Positions 1-9,930 are shown, counted from the stretch's first letter. The stretch is 58,612 bases of DNA from Candidatus Bathyarchaeota archaeon (GCA_963828195.1 CAWHDT010000006.1:1-58612); one strand, 5' to 3'. Notes: generated by a model from the sequence alone, not told the origin. Made by a program: numbers and translations.

Positions 1-453
1 TTGTTTAATTGCTGTTGCAAAGGGCTGAACTGTCGTGTTCAAATAGAGTGTTGGCACTTCAACCCAAACGGTGCTATTATATTGCAGCCAGATATGTGGA
101 TCGTTCTGAACTATGCCATAAATTGTAACGTCATTTGACGTATAGTTGCTGACCATTGACGTTAAATTTAGAGATTCTGGCGCGTTTGGATCAAGATTTT
201 TTAGTGAACCTTGCATGCCAAGGGTTCTTGTATCTATCATGTTAACACCGACTGTGTTGTATAGTTGCCGGGCGGTAGGAAGATTTGGCCAAGCACTCGT
301 AATTTCGCTTGAGCTTAACGGGATAGTTGCAGTTAAGACACTTGAGCTAGAACTGTTTACATCAGTTGTTTCTGCCTTAATTTCGTGAGCCATTGGAATT
401 GTCACTATAGACAAAAGCATTATAGCGATCAAACATACCGTTATTTTACGCAT
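1..453 (-). CDS. Secreted/surface protein, partial (runs off the window start)
   Basis: Manual translation: ATG at 453 with an AGGAGA SD; MRKITVCLIAIMLLSIVTIPMAHEIKA signal-peptide-like N-terminus; Ser/Thr/Asn-rich; frame open to position 1. Confidence 0.75.
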   Translation of the reverse strand, partial: MRKITVCLIAIMLLSIVTIPMAHEIKAETTDVNSSSSSVLTATIPLSSSEITSAWPNLPTARQLYNTVGVNMIDTRTLGMQGSLKNLDPNAPESLNLTSMVSNYTSNDVTIYGIVQNDPHIWLQYNSTVWVEVPTLYLNTTVQPFATAIKQ

Positions 454-696
454 TTTTCTATCTCCTAAAGTTTGGATAATTTTTTCATTGCGCTCCTCTC
501 TCAGCGCTCCTGTTTTCTACACGGCGCTCGACATATTATTTCTACGCATTAGGACAAAGCAACCTGCTGTGAAACAAAACAGTTTACTAATTTCAAGCTA
601 AAACAAGTGGATGTCCTAAAAATTGTACAGGTCAACTATAGTTACACAATGCGTTCAAATAATGGAAAAATCTGAGCACCAGACATTGTACTCGTT

Positions 697-1122
697 TTAT
701 AGGCTCCCTTTAAGCCATACTTTAATGGTTTCATAACAAAAGATCGAAAGAAATAGAATGGTTGCAAAAACTGAAAAATAGTAATCTGGATCGAGAAAAT
801 CAGGCTTAAGAAAGGTAAGCTCGATCATAAGGACTACAAAGGCAAGGACAGAGTAAAAGAGGTATTTTGGAATTATGAAACGGCTAATTTTTACGCAATT
901 ATCCAACAATACCCTATTGATAACATATTTACCCGCTTCTTTTTTGACTAATCCAACTTGCTCTAACTTTGAGAGATGATACTGGGCTACAGAAGGACTG
1001 CTTAGTTTAAGTTCTCTCTGAATTTCTCTTATACCGAGCGGCTTTTTTGACCTAAGCATAAATCGATATATGTCAAATGCCGTTCCTTTAAGCGCGTCAG
1101 CCGACTCCTTATCAGTTAACGT
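697..1122 (-). CDS. ArsR-like HTH protein with two C-terminal TM helices
   Basis: PLGIREIQRELKLSSPSVAQYHLSKLEQVGLV HTH plus two hydrophobic segments; frame open upstream of ATG 1059 to 1122 (TLTDKESADALKGTAFDIYRF); true start uncertain. Confidence 0.75.
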   Translation of the reverse strand, partial: TLTDKESADALKGTAFDIYRFMLRSKKPLGIREIQRELKLSSPSVAQYHLSKLEQVGLVKKEAGKYVINRVLLDNCVKISRFIIPKYLFYSVLAFVVLMIELTFLKPDFLDPDYYFSVFATILFLSIFCYETIKVWLKGSL

Positions 1123-1296
1123 TCATTCCCCCCAATACAGAGTTCCGCCTTCGTTATGAATTATTCGGTTTAGCAATTCTTGGTCGAAGGTGTCAAACGA
1201 TTGTACAGAAATTAGTACAGTTCTGCCTAAAAATAACGTTAAATAATAGAATTTTTATTACAAAGGTTAAAGTACAGTGCCATAGAGACTGAATTA

Positions 1297-1611
1297 ATGA
1301 TCGGACAAAAACTTAAAAGCGGATTGGCAATAATTGCGGCTGTTTTGGCGGGTTTTCTTATGCTTGGACTAACTTACTTAATTTTCCCAAATATCCAGAA
1401 CTTTAAAGTAATTGGTGAAACAGGAACTTCGCAGACTCCTTCTCCGATTCCTACCCCTAACTCTTCTACTCAAATTTTTTCAGCGCTTCTTTGGATAGGA
1501 CTGGCGGTTGTTATAGCAATGGCTGTGGCGGGAAGCTTACTTGTCATAAATCGGGCAAGAAGCAGAAAAGGGACAGATAGCGCAAGTAAGTATTTTGCTC
1601 AGGATTCCTAA
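1297..1611 (+). CDS. Small membrane protein (2 TM, Pro/Thr linker)
   Basis: Two hydrophobic helices separated by TPSPIPTP; divergent from the HTH-TM gene. Confidence 0.65.
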   Translation: MIGQKLKSGLAIIAAVLAGFLMLGLTYLIFPNIQNFKVIGETGTSQTPSPIPTPNSSTQIFSALLWIGLAVVIAMAVAGSLLVINRARSRKGTDSASKYFAQDS

Positions 1612-2103
1612 GAGTTGCCAGCCTAAGGTCGAGCCATATTTGGGAGTAGATTTTAATATGAGGGACATCGTTGCAAAAGAGACCGCTGATGAGACAGTTC
1701 TAGATATTGTTTTGACATCAAAGAAACATGCTATTAGTAGACGCCCTGAACAGACGGCGTAGTTGCCCTCAGTTGCTTAATACAGCCGCAATGGCCTAAA
1801 ACCACCTTTCTAGTGCTAGAAAAAGGCTCGGTAAAACATTGTTACTACTAACAATCACCCCGTAAAAACGCAAATGAGCGAAATTCAAAACCAATCGGTA
1901 AAACCTTATTTTTAACTGATTTTTTTAAATTATTCATAGGCGCGCGCGTTAAGAATGTTAAAGTTAATCTTCACTTTCACTGATCCCTCTACTGCTCCAA
2001 AAGTTCGTTTCAACATTTACTTTTTAAGTGATTTCACCCAAAAGCAGTACCCCCAAGTGAATGCCTATGATAAGAAATTAGATTGTCTGGAGGCTTAGCA
2101 AGC

Positions 2104-2466
2104 ATGGGTAAGACCGTTGAATCTTTCAGGATGGCTTTGGAGGGAGAGATTAACTGTTGGAGCGGCTTCGCTAGAGCCTTACGCAAACCTGACAACGAGG
2201 CTTTTGATCCGCTGATGGATATGCGCAGAACTTATGCTTCAGAGAGCAGCTGCGCAACTAGCCCAATAATCTTTGAGCCTATGGTTATGTCTATTCCGCT
2301 ATTCCAGCAAAAGAGGATCAGGCAGCTGGAACAAGAACTGCAGGCGCTCAAACCTGAAGCAGCCAACCTTTCGAAAAGCTATGAAGCAAGGGTGCCACTT
2401 GATTCCAAACCTGAGAATATCGTTCAAGCTGTTGCAAATGGAGGTGAGCAAAGACGGTTGTTTTAA
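2104..2466 (+). CDS. Small coiled-coil protein resembling the PolB2-operon-associated family
   Basis: MGKTVESFRMALEGEI...FARALRK.D.EAFD.LMD...FEPMVMSI pattern recalled from archaeal MGRTVPSFR-type proteins. Confidence 0.55.
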   Translation: MGKTVESFRMALEGEINCWSGFARALRKPDNEAFDPLMDMRRTYASESSCATSPIIFEPMVMSIPLFQQKRIRQLEQELQALKPEAANLSKSYEARVPLDSKPENIVQAVANGGEQRRLF

Positions 2467-2765
2467 TTGTAAGACGGACAGTTAGAAAGCCTGTTTCAGA
2501 AGCTAACAAGAAAGAGTGGTTTAGCCAGCTTGAGGATATAGAGTTTGTTTTTCCCAAGGAATACAACAAAATCCTGAGCCCTGTCTTTAGCCAAGACTTT
2601 GACTTTGACGCTAGATCCGACAATGGCGAAATAACATTTACCTTAAGACCTGCGCAAAAACAGCCTGAAACAACTTCAGAAACCAAAAAACCCAAAAAAG
2701 AGCGCATAAAATCGTTCCAATCATCAAAAATGCTTCCACAGGTGAAATTGAGTTGCGTCAAATGA
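2454..2765 (+). CDS. Unannotated hypothetical protein, apparent paralogue of 2762..2965
   Basis: Open frame (TVVLIVRRTVRK...IEFVFPKEYNKIL...FDFDARSDNGEITFTL) after a GGAGGTGA SD; stop overlaps the next ATG (ATGA); no canonical start codon. Confidence 0.45.
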   Translation, partial: TVVLIVRRTVRKPVSEANKKEWFSQLEDIEFVFPKEYNKILSPVFSQDFDFDARSDNGEITFTLRPAQKQPETTSETKKPKKERIKSFQSSKMLPQVKLSCVK

Positions 2766-2965
2766 AGATCAAGCTCCAATTCAGCAAAAGCAAAAGAGAC
2801 TACTTGCACGGTAAAAACACCTATCTATCTGATAAGGTGTCTCTTCATTTTCCCAAGAAAACGCACGAGTTTTTCATACCGCTTAAGGGCAGACATTTAG
2901 CTATCGATGTTTCCCGAAAAGATAAAACAGTTCTTATAACGCTAACAGAGTTAGATGAAGACTAA
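2762..2965 (+). CDS. Small hypothetical protein (AbrB-like pattern)
   Basis: KVSLHFPKKTHEFFIPLKGRHLAIDVSRKDKTVLITL beta-alpha-beta pattern. Confidence 0.5.
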   Translation: MKIKLQFSKSKRDYLHGKNTYLSDKVSLHFPKKTHEFFIPLKGRHLAIDVSRKDKTVLITLTELDED

Positions 2966-3062
2966 GCCTCTGATTTTAGCTCCGTCTTTTTTAGAATGGC
3001 AAGCTTTTCCCCCGCATCATTTTTGTTTACTCAGAAAAGCCTGAAATTGCACCCGTGAAAAC

Positions 3063-3208
3063 ATTCCTGTATACAGGAATCAGCCTTTTGACCCTCGGCA
3101 AAATTCATCTTAAAGCCAGCCGCATCTCTGAACTTTTAACATAATAAATGCAATTATGCAAGCCTAAAATCACTTCTGAATTTTACGCTAAGGCATTCCT
3201 GTATACAG
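3063..3208. promoter_or_regulatory. 18-bp perfect palindrome plus a second partial copy, probable operator
   Basis: ATTCCTGTATACAGGAAT at 3063-3080 and ATTCCTGTATACAG at 3195-3208, upstream of a wHTH gene. Confidence 0.55.
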
Positions 3209-3314
3209 CAAGATTTTGCCCCAGACAAAGCGCCTCGAAATTTCTGAAGTAATGTAATAAGCAGGTTTCATCGCCTTGTTTCTCCGCTTCCTGAGTTGGA
3301 GGGGATAGAAAACT

Positions 3315-3707
3315 TTGGCGGGGAAGAAGAGTAAAGGCACTGAGCTTGCAGTGTTCAAAGGCAGAAAACCTGACTTAACACGTGCCATACTCTTAGCCCT
3401 GTCCAAAGAGGCTCTCGTAAAATACGATGTCCACAAAGCCATGGTTAAACTCGGCTTCAAAGATACAAACTACGGAACCATAAAGAAGCGAATATTGATT
3501 CTTGAAGAAACCGGTTACGTCAAACAGGTAGGCATTAGAAAAACTCAGCCAGGCAGCGAAGGCATCCTCTACGAGGCAAATTTCAAAGCATGGGCAGCAC
3601 TCGAACAGAATAGAACCAATCAGGACAAGTTATTCGAGCTCATGAACGAGATGGATGCCATTGAATATGTTGCCCTGCTGGCTCGAATACGAGCCCGCAA
3701 ATCTTAA
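3315..3707 (+). CDS. Winged-helix DNA-binding protein
   Basis: YGTIKKRILILEETGYVK...ILYE wHTH pattern. Confidence 0.7.
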   Translation: MAGKKSKGTELAVFKGRKPDLTRAILLALSKEALVKYDVHKAMVKLGFKDTNYGTIKKRILILEETGYVKQVGIRKTQPGSEGILYEANFKAWAALEQNRTNQDKLFELMNEMDAIEYVALLARIRARKS

Positions 3708-3730
3708 AACTATATTCTAATTAGTTATCA

Positions 3731-3937
3731 GTGAGAGGGATGTTTTTGGTTACGAAGAAAAAGATTGGGAACAGAACGGTTTTTCTCTGCGACATTTGCG
3801 GTCTTGGCTACGCAGACAGAGCCACCGCTCAAGAATGCGAAGATTATTGCCGAGCACACCACGGATCCTGCAGTGCCGAGATAAGCGCAAAAGCAGTTTA
3901 CCTTCCAGGCGCACCAACATTGCCCGAAAGAAAATAA
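3731..3937 (+). CDS. Small Cys-rich zinc-finger protein
   Basis: FLCDICGLGY...AQECEDYC...SCS. Confidence 0.65.
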   Translation: MRGMFLVTKKKIGNRTVFLCDICGLGYADRATAQECEDYCRAHHGSCSAEISAKAVYLPGAPTLPERK

Positions 3938-4086
3938 TCGCCTTCGAAGAGCTCGCCCACAACTCAAGTATTTAAACAAATAGGCTCCGTAGCAGGGGCT
4001 TCAAAAAATACTATTTTATATTTGCAGAATAAAAAATACTATTTTTTCCGACTGCCAGAATTCCTTTAGCTAATCGGCGCAACATA

Positions 4087-4347
4087 GTGTTAGGTGACAC
4101 AAAAGTGGTAAATATAATTGAGGATTGGGATGTCCTCGCGGAATATGCTGGGGAAAAGCTTGGTTTCTACCAACTCCTTGGCAACGATGGAACCATAGAA
4201 GTTAGAGTCCAAACAGGACGGATCGGCTACAAAAAAGAGTTCAAGGCAGGCGACGATCCGGAGCTTTTGAGCATTCTTGATTTCTGCAAAAAACGTCGCT
4301 TCATTCAGATAAGCGAGCATATGCGAGACGAAGAATTCTTCAAATAA
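4087..4347 (+). CDS. Hypothetical protein
   Basis: 86-aa ORF co-oriented with its neighbours. Confidence 0.6.
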   Translation: MLGDTKVVNIIEDWDVLAEYAGEKLGFYQLLGNDGTIEVRVQTGRIGYKKEFKAGDDPELLSILDFCKKRRFIQISEHMRDEEFFK

Positions 4348-4360
4348 GAAGGCTGAACCT

Positions 4361-4690
4361 ATGACTTGCGTTTTAGAAGAACCCACGACAAGGCCTGAGG
4401 TTGAAAAGGCGCCATACAAGAAACGGCGAAAACCCTGCCTCGTATGTGGTAAACAATCTGCAGGAGTCGCAAGCTATGTCTTCATGGCGGACGGTACGAA
4501 CAAAATTGGCGTGCCCTTTTGCCAACTGCACCTAGAAAATCAACAAGCGTATTCCAGACCTGTCTTTGAAAACCAAGATGCCTTGGACCTCTTCAAGAAA
4601 GAACACCCTGGCCTTTTCAAACGCTCAGTGCAGGGCAAAACCATCCTCTTTTTACAGCCGCCAAAAACCGACGCGGTTAGCGTAACTTAA
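4361..4690 (+). CDS. Hypothetical Zn-binding protein
   Basis: CLVC...FCQLH motif. Confidence 0.6.
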   Translation: MTCVLEEPTTRPEVEKAPYKKRRKPCLVCGKQSAGVASYVFMADGTNKIGVPFCQLHLENQQAYSRPVFENQDALDLFKKEHPGLFKRSVQGKTILFLQPPKTDAVSVT

Positions 4691-4710
4691 ACGTGTGAGG
4701 AGGGGAGGGA

Positions 4711-5169
4711 ATGGTTGGACTTACCGCAGAGGCAAATTCACTTGAAAGTAGCCAAATGAGCTCTCAGTCCAGTCCCTGTAAATGTAAGTCAGAACCCGCC
4801 CAAGGTTCTGCAAACACCAGCCCCCTAAACCCATACTCACTAGTTTATGTGCGCTATCAGGACCACGTTATTTACAAGAACGTTCTAAAGCCTATGGCTG
4901 AACCTGCAGAACGTGAAACAGTCGGTTGGCTGACAAAGCAAAACGAGGAAATTATGCTAATTGAACATGACAGAACTATTCAAAACAGCGAAATATCGAG
5001 CGGCCAAGGTAACGGCATCATTATCCTCAAAAACTGCATCTTAGAAATCCGCGAGCTACCCTTACAAAATATTTCAAACTGCTCTTTAAATTCTCAAAAG
5101 ACCATAGGTAAAGGTGAGTATGCGCTTTTGCCAAAGAAGCGAAAAACTCAACCTTCCCGAAACCAATGA
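4711..5169 (+). CDS. Virus-like hypothetical protein
   Basis: GGAGGGGAGG SD; VYVRYQDH...ETVGWL...IILKNCILEI resembles small all-beta phage proteins; overlaps the integrase start (ATGA). Confidence 0.55.
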   Translation: MVGLTAEANSLESSQMSSQSSPCKCKSEPAQGSANTSPLNPYSLVYVRYQDHVIYKNVLKPMAEPAERETVGWLTKQNEEIMLIEHDRTIQNSEISSGQGNGIIILKNCILEIRELPLQNISNCSLNSQKTIGKGEYALLPKKRKTQPSRNQ

Positions 5170-6524
5170 AGGAAGCAAACAAGATGCAAGCACTGACCAT
5201 AACCCACAGCCCCCTCGGAAAAAAACTCAAAAAACCAATCGAACTATCTCTTCCTGAAACAACGTCGGCAGCTGATCAAAGACTCCAGCAATACGTAATT
5301 ACAAGCCTCTCCGCAAGAATGCCAGCCTTAGTTATCCTTGCTTTCGACAACACCTCAGTGTTAGAGCTCGCAAAACACCTGTTACGTCACAGGACAGCAA
5401 GCGAACAAACGCTCTACCAATACCTCTACGGCATCCACCGCTTCTGTAAATGGACAAACACACCACCGGACCAGCTTGTCAAAGCTTGCCAAGACCAAGA
5501 CGGCGACCCAAACCCCAAAGCCCTAGCTAAATACGGCCGACTTCTCGATGACTTCGTAGGAGAGCTTCAAGCAGAAAATCTTGCTCCTGGCACCGTTAGT
5601 AACCACGCTAAAGGGGTCAAAGCTCTTTTCCGCGCAAACCACCTAAGACTCGAACTGGACTACGCCCTATCAAAACGCATCATATACAAAGACCGAGCGC
5701 CCACACCAGAAGAAATCGCACTCATAATTGACATGGCAGAAATCCGCACAAAAGTCCTAATCAGCACACTCGCCTTAGGCGGATTCAGATCAGGCACCCT
5801 AGTTAAACTCCGCTACCGACACGTTAAACTCGACTTCGAAAGAGGCATAACACCAATCCATGTGCACGTCGAAGCCGAAATTACCAAAGGAAAATATCAC
5901 GACTACGACACCTTCCTATCCCAAGAAGCCGCTGACTACCTCAAAATCTACCTGCAAATGAGGCGCATCGGAACTGACAAAATGCCGCCAGAAATCATAA
6001 CTGATGAATCACCGCTGATACGTAATTCACAATCAAGAATTCCAATTCCAATATCGACATCCGCTGTACACAAACTTATCCATGACCTATACGTTAAAGC
6101 AAATATACTTCCGCGAGAAACGCTAGGAAGACGCTACAACCTACGAGTTCATAGCATTCGCAAATTCTTCCGCACCCAACTCGCTGCCCTTGGCGCCCAA
6201 CCAGACTATATCGAATACATGATGGGCCACACGATTAGCACCTACCACGACATTGAGATGAAAGGCATAGAATACCTGCGCGGAATCTATTCAGCATCTG
6301 GCCTTTGCATAAAACCCAAAACACGCCTAAGCAAAATCGACGCCTTAAAAGAAATCATAAGAGCTTGGGGACTTAACCCAGAAGAAATCCTAACAAAAGA
6401 AGCACTGCTCAAACCAAACGCAACAATCATCAATCACCAACAAGCCGAAGAACAACAACTACACCAACTCAGCTTAGCCCTAAAGAACCAACTTATAAAA
6501 GAAATCCGAGAAGACCAAAAATGA
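5166..6524 (+). CDS. Tyrosine recombinase/integrase
   Basis: Catalytic motifs GFRSGTL (R), KGK (K), HSIRKFF (HxxR), MMGH and STYH (Y); N-terminal core-binding domain. Confidence 0.93.
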   Translation: MKEANKMQALTITHSPLGKKLKKPIELSLPETTSAADQRLQQYVITSLSARMPALVILAFDNTSVLELAKHLLRHRTASEQTLYQYLYGIHRFCKWTNTPPDQLVKACQDQDGDPNPKALAKYGRLLDDFVGELQAENLAPGTVSNHAKGVKALFRANHLRLELDYALSKRIIYKDRAPTPEEIALIIDMAEIRTKVLISTLALGGFRSGTLVKLRYRHVKLDFERGITPIHVHVEAEITKGKYHDYDTFLSQEAADYLKIYLQMRRIGTDKMPPEIITDESPLIRNSQSRIPIPISTSAVHKLIHDLYVKANILPRETLGRRYNLRVHSIRKFFRTQLAALGAQPDYIEYMMGHTISTYHDIEMKGIEYLRGIYSASGLCIKPKTRLSKIDALKEIIRAWGLNPEEILTKEALLKPNATIINHQQAEEQQLHQLSLALKNQLIKEIREDQK

Positions 6525-6576
6525 AAGCGCAACAAAACCATAAAAAGTATAAATTAGCCTCTAGAGGGTATTTTAT

Positions 6577-6588
6577 CCCGGGCTACCA
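6577..6588 (+). other. Putative att site (tRNA 3'-end fragment)
   Basis: CCCGGGCTACCA 52 bp after the integrase stop; resembles the 3' end of TACK tRNA-Gln. Confidence 0.45.
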
Positions 6589-6845
6589 GAACTCTCGTAC
6601 TCAAATCGATGGGTTTTTGTGTTTTCAATTATTTCATAGAGGTTTATGGGGAATTTGTCCACACAAGCGTCACAGTCCAATTGGAAACGGTGCCTTCATG
6701 ATAAATAACTATTGCAACTCTCAAAATCTGTATTATATAAAGTGGAACCCGAAAAACCTGAATTTTTCAAAGTTGTTAAGGAGTCAGCGTTTAAATAAAA
6801 TAAGTCATTTATCAAATATGCTGACGTGCCAAGAAGAGTGCTAAC

Positions 6846-7208
6846 TTGAGTCATACGCATGAAATGAAGAAAACTCGTGTATCATTTATTGAATTTGATG
6901 ATGTACTCATTGCTAAATTGGCTAAAGACACGAAATACTTTGGTGAAGGCAACTCGAAAGGGAGAGTGTTAGAGTTTGATTTTGAGTATTGTCTTGGCTG
7001 CGAGCTAAGACTGCTTGATGGAGAACCGGTTATGACGAGGGATATTTTAGAGGAAGAGTTTGAAAGATTGGTCAAACACGCAAAAAATGGCAAGTATGTA
7101 AGTTCTGAGCAAACAACTCTGCAACATACTGATTTTGAAACGCTTGAGCGATTAATTAAAAGTGCTTTGGAATTTGGGAAACTAAGAGAAAAAGTATCTA
7201 AAAATTAG
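6846..7208 (+). CDS. Hypothetical protein
   Basis: 120-aa ORF with protein-like composition. Confidence 0.55.
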   Translation: MSHTHEMKKTRVSFIEFDDVLIAKLAKDTKYFGEGNSKGRVLEFDFEYCLGCELRLLDGEPVMTRDILEEEFERLVKHAKNGKYVSSEQTTLQHTDFETLERLIKSALEFGKLREKVSKN

Positions 7209-7499
7209 GCGACTTGGAGTTCGTTAGTGGAGATTTGCGAATTTTTTCGTGCTCTATTAGAGTGCTTCATCTTCTTTGATATCCGATGGCTTGAGGTAGC
7301 GGTTTAAAATGGGTAGACAAATTGTACAAATTAAGACAGGATATATGCTCCGTATTTTTATATGATCTCTTAATAGGGCAAGTGCTTGCAGTGATTCAGG
7401 TACAAACAGAGCCTTGAAAAAACAGCGCCTTTATCCGAAAAGCTCAGTTTTGGGTGATTTGGACTAATGCTTAAATGTAATTGAGAGAGTAGATGACGC

Positions 7500-7838
7500 A
7501 TGCGATACATGCAATGGCGAACAATTAGTTCATTTGGCTATGTTTTTGGCGCGCTTTTCGCTTTATTGGGTCTCTACGGGTATTTGTACTATAAAACCAC
7601 CTTGATCGGCACGCTCGGTCTAGCGTTTACTCCTTATCAAAATTACGCTATTCCGCTGGTAATCGCTGGAATCGCCCTGTTAATCGCGGGGTACGCCGCA
7701 GAAAAAGGAGCCAAAAAGAAAACAAAAAGCTTGGAAAAACAGCAAACGATGGCAACCACAAGTGTTTGCCCTGATTGCGGAGAAAAGCGGGACCTTGACG
7801 CCCAATACTGCAAAAAGTGTGGCAAAAAATTCCAATAA
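7500..7838 (+). CDS. Membrane protein with C-terminal zinc ribbon
   Basis: 2 TM helices; CPDCG...YCKKCG. Confidence 0.8.
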   Translation: MRYMQWRTISSFGYVFGALFALLGLYGYLYYKTTLIGTLGLAFTPYQNYAIPLVIAGIALLIAGYAAEKGAKKKTKSLEKQQTMATTSVCPDCGEKRDLDAQYCKKCGKKFQ

Positions 7839-7971
7839 ATGCAGTTTTTCTTGCTCGTTAACCCATTATATCTGAGCCTAAAGACAGAAACGCAAAAAAT
7901 ATAAGTGGCTTAACGGTAACGCGTTTTAGTCAAAGCGCGGATGTTATTGAAAAAGTTCCTGCTGGGTTTAT

Positions 7972-9882
7972 ATGCGTTTTAAGTATCAGAAAGCCCTCAT
8001 TCTGCTTGGTATTCTGCTACTGGTTTTCTTAACTCCCGCGTCGTTAGTGGCTAACTGCGAAAAAACCTCGGCTTTTCAAGCCCAATACGGGCTCCTCAAC
8101 CAAAAATTGTACGTTTCAATCCCGCCTTCCCTCTACGACTATTACAGCAACATGAGCCACACCGTAAATACTGACAGTGATTATGCGAATTTTGTAACAC
8201 CTCAAGCCGTCGAACCCATCGCAGCCAGCATTCAAAATCTCACTCGCAATTTGCCCCACAGCAACGAGCAGTTTGCAGACGCCGTGTTAACGTTGGTTCA
8301 CCAAATTCCCTATGTCATAAACGGCGCGGAGTATCCTGCTGAAACTCTTGTAAACAATTCTGGAGATTGCGTAGGCTTGTCGATCCTTGCGGCTTCCATC
8401 ATGCAGGCGGGCGGCTTAGCTGTTGTTCTGATTCTTTATACGGGGATAAACCCGAGTCACATGAATGTTGGAGTTTACCTTCCCTACACGCCGGTCTATC
8501 ATACTGCTGGGTTGAAGCCCACCGATTTCGTGTATGACAATAAAACTTACTGGACAGCAGAGGCCACCCCAGCTGAAAACTGGAAAGTTGGAGACCAATC
8601 TTCATCTTTAGCCGGCGCGGTAACTGCGATTATTCCACTTAACGGCACCGAGCAGTCGCCAGGACAGGTTTCCGCTGGTTTCAAGCCTTTGGTTCCCTCG
8701 TCTATAACTGTCAGTTTGTCCCAAGAGCAATCAAGCGCAAGTACCAATATATCTATAGAATCAAGTATTGCCGAAAACCCGCGTTCACTAATCATTTCAG
8801 GTTCAATTTCACCCGCGTACCCTTGTGAAAACGTAGCCGTATACATTACCAGCGGATCCTCCTACGACTATTTCAATACGTCTACAAATGACAGCGGCGG
8901 GTACATGTTGACTTGGAACTTCACCTCAGCAGGCACATATTACGTTACTGCAAGTTGGAGTGGCGATTCAAATTATGCTGGCTCCGACAGTGAAACCCTT
9001 TCAGTTTTTGTCGGTCCTGAATCATTTGTCCAGTTTGGCGCCCCCAGCTACAACTACATATATGGGCAAGCAGCATTTGCGGCCTACTCAATTCAACCTA
9101 TTCAAGGTGTAAATGATTTTCTTGGCATCCCATTGGGAACAGCCGTTTCGTTCAGTTACGATTTCACCGTCCTTCAAGCTGGGCAGACAGGATCCAACGT
9201 TCAAGTGCAAACCATAACGGTGCCCGCAAGCACCGAAACAGTAAGGGTTGGCAGAACAGGGCAATTTACAACAATACAGATACCTCAGGAAACATTGACT
9301 GTTCCGGTAAATGTGCCGCAGGACTTGGTGCCGCTGATGTTGCCAAACGATTTTAACGAAACAATAAACAATCAGTTTTGTTTTATCCTTCAGAACAGCG
9401 GTGGGAACTACAGCTTAAACGTTAATGCACTTGACGACTACGAAATGTCTAACGCATTAAACGTTAATGGCAGCAATACGCCTTTCCTGAATGCTTCTTT
9501 AAACATAAAGCAAAATGTCTGGTATAATGATACAACAAATATCTCTTCCAACGGCATAACTTCCAATTTATACGACTCAAATGGCACCCTGATAGAGAGC
9601 GATTCAACTCCATACAGTGCAGCAGACGGCAACGAACTGATTTTGCAAATAACAAACAACGTGGATAACGCAGTAATTTTCAAAGATTTAACGATTAACA
9701 CGGGTAATAATGCAGTTCAACAGCCTAAAGGCAACGAAAAAGCAATTCATACAGGCGGACCCCTCTTTTCATACATTATCTTGTCAATTGTATTGGTTGC
9801 AGCTTTTTCAGTATCGCTTTTCTTTGTCAGGAAAAAAAGTCAAATGAAAAACTCAGTAAAGTGCCCGCAACAAAAAATGTGA
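7972..9882 (+). CDS. Secreted transglutaminase-like protein with Ig-like domain and C-terminal anchor
   Basis: Signal peptide; GDC, SHM and AEAT putative catalytic residues; Ig-like segment (YYVTASWSGD); C-terminal TM followed by basic tail. Confidence 0.8.
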   Translation: MRFKYQKALILLGILLLVFLTPASLVANCEKTSAFQAQYGLLNQKLYVSIPPSLYDYYSNMSHTVNTDSDYANFVTPQAVEPIAASIQNLTRNLPHSNEQFADAVLTLVHQIPYVINGAEYPAETLVNNSGDCVGLSILAASIMQAGGLAVVLILYTGINPSHMNVGVYLPYTPVYHTAGLKPTDFVYDNKTYWTAEATPAENWKVGDQSSSLAGAVTAIIPLNGTEQSPGQVSAGFKPLVPSSITVSLSQEQSSASTNISIESSIAENPRSLIISGSISPAYPCENVAVYITSGSSYDYFNTSTNDSGGYMLTWNFTSAGTYYVTASWSGDSNYAGSDSETLSVFVGPESFVQFGAPSYNYIYGQAAFAAYSIQPIQGVNDFLGIPLGTAVSFSYDFTVLQAGQTGSNVQVQTITVPASTETVRVGRTGQFTTIQIPQETLTVPVNVPQDLVPLMLPNDFNETINNQFCFILQNSGGNYSLNVNALDDYEMSNALNVNGSNTPFLNASLNIKQNVWYNDTTNISSNGITSNLYDSNGTLIESDSTPYSAADGNELILQITNNVDNAVIFKDLTINTGNNAVQQPKGNEKAIHTGGPLFSYIILSIVLVAAFSVSLFFVRKKSQMKNSVKCPQQKM

Positions 9883-9930
9883 CGGCGAATCAGGTTACCC
9901 TAAGATTCAGTGGGGCTTAGAGCAGGCTTT

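Larger units (their letters stand above)
2083..6588. mobile_element. Right arm of an integrative element/provirus remnant (left boundary not defined)
   Basis: Run of small co-oriented HTH, Zn-finger and virus-like ORFs ending in a tyrosine integrase followed by the tRNA-3'-like CCCGGGCTACCA. Confidence 0.6.

Noticed and set aside
146-388. 80-aa + strand ORF
   Set aside because: Antisense to the signal-peptide-bearing ORF at 1..453
6521-6844. 107-aa ORF after the integrase
   Set aside because: Spans the putative att site and AT-rich promoter-like DNA; no protein-like features
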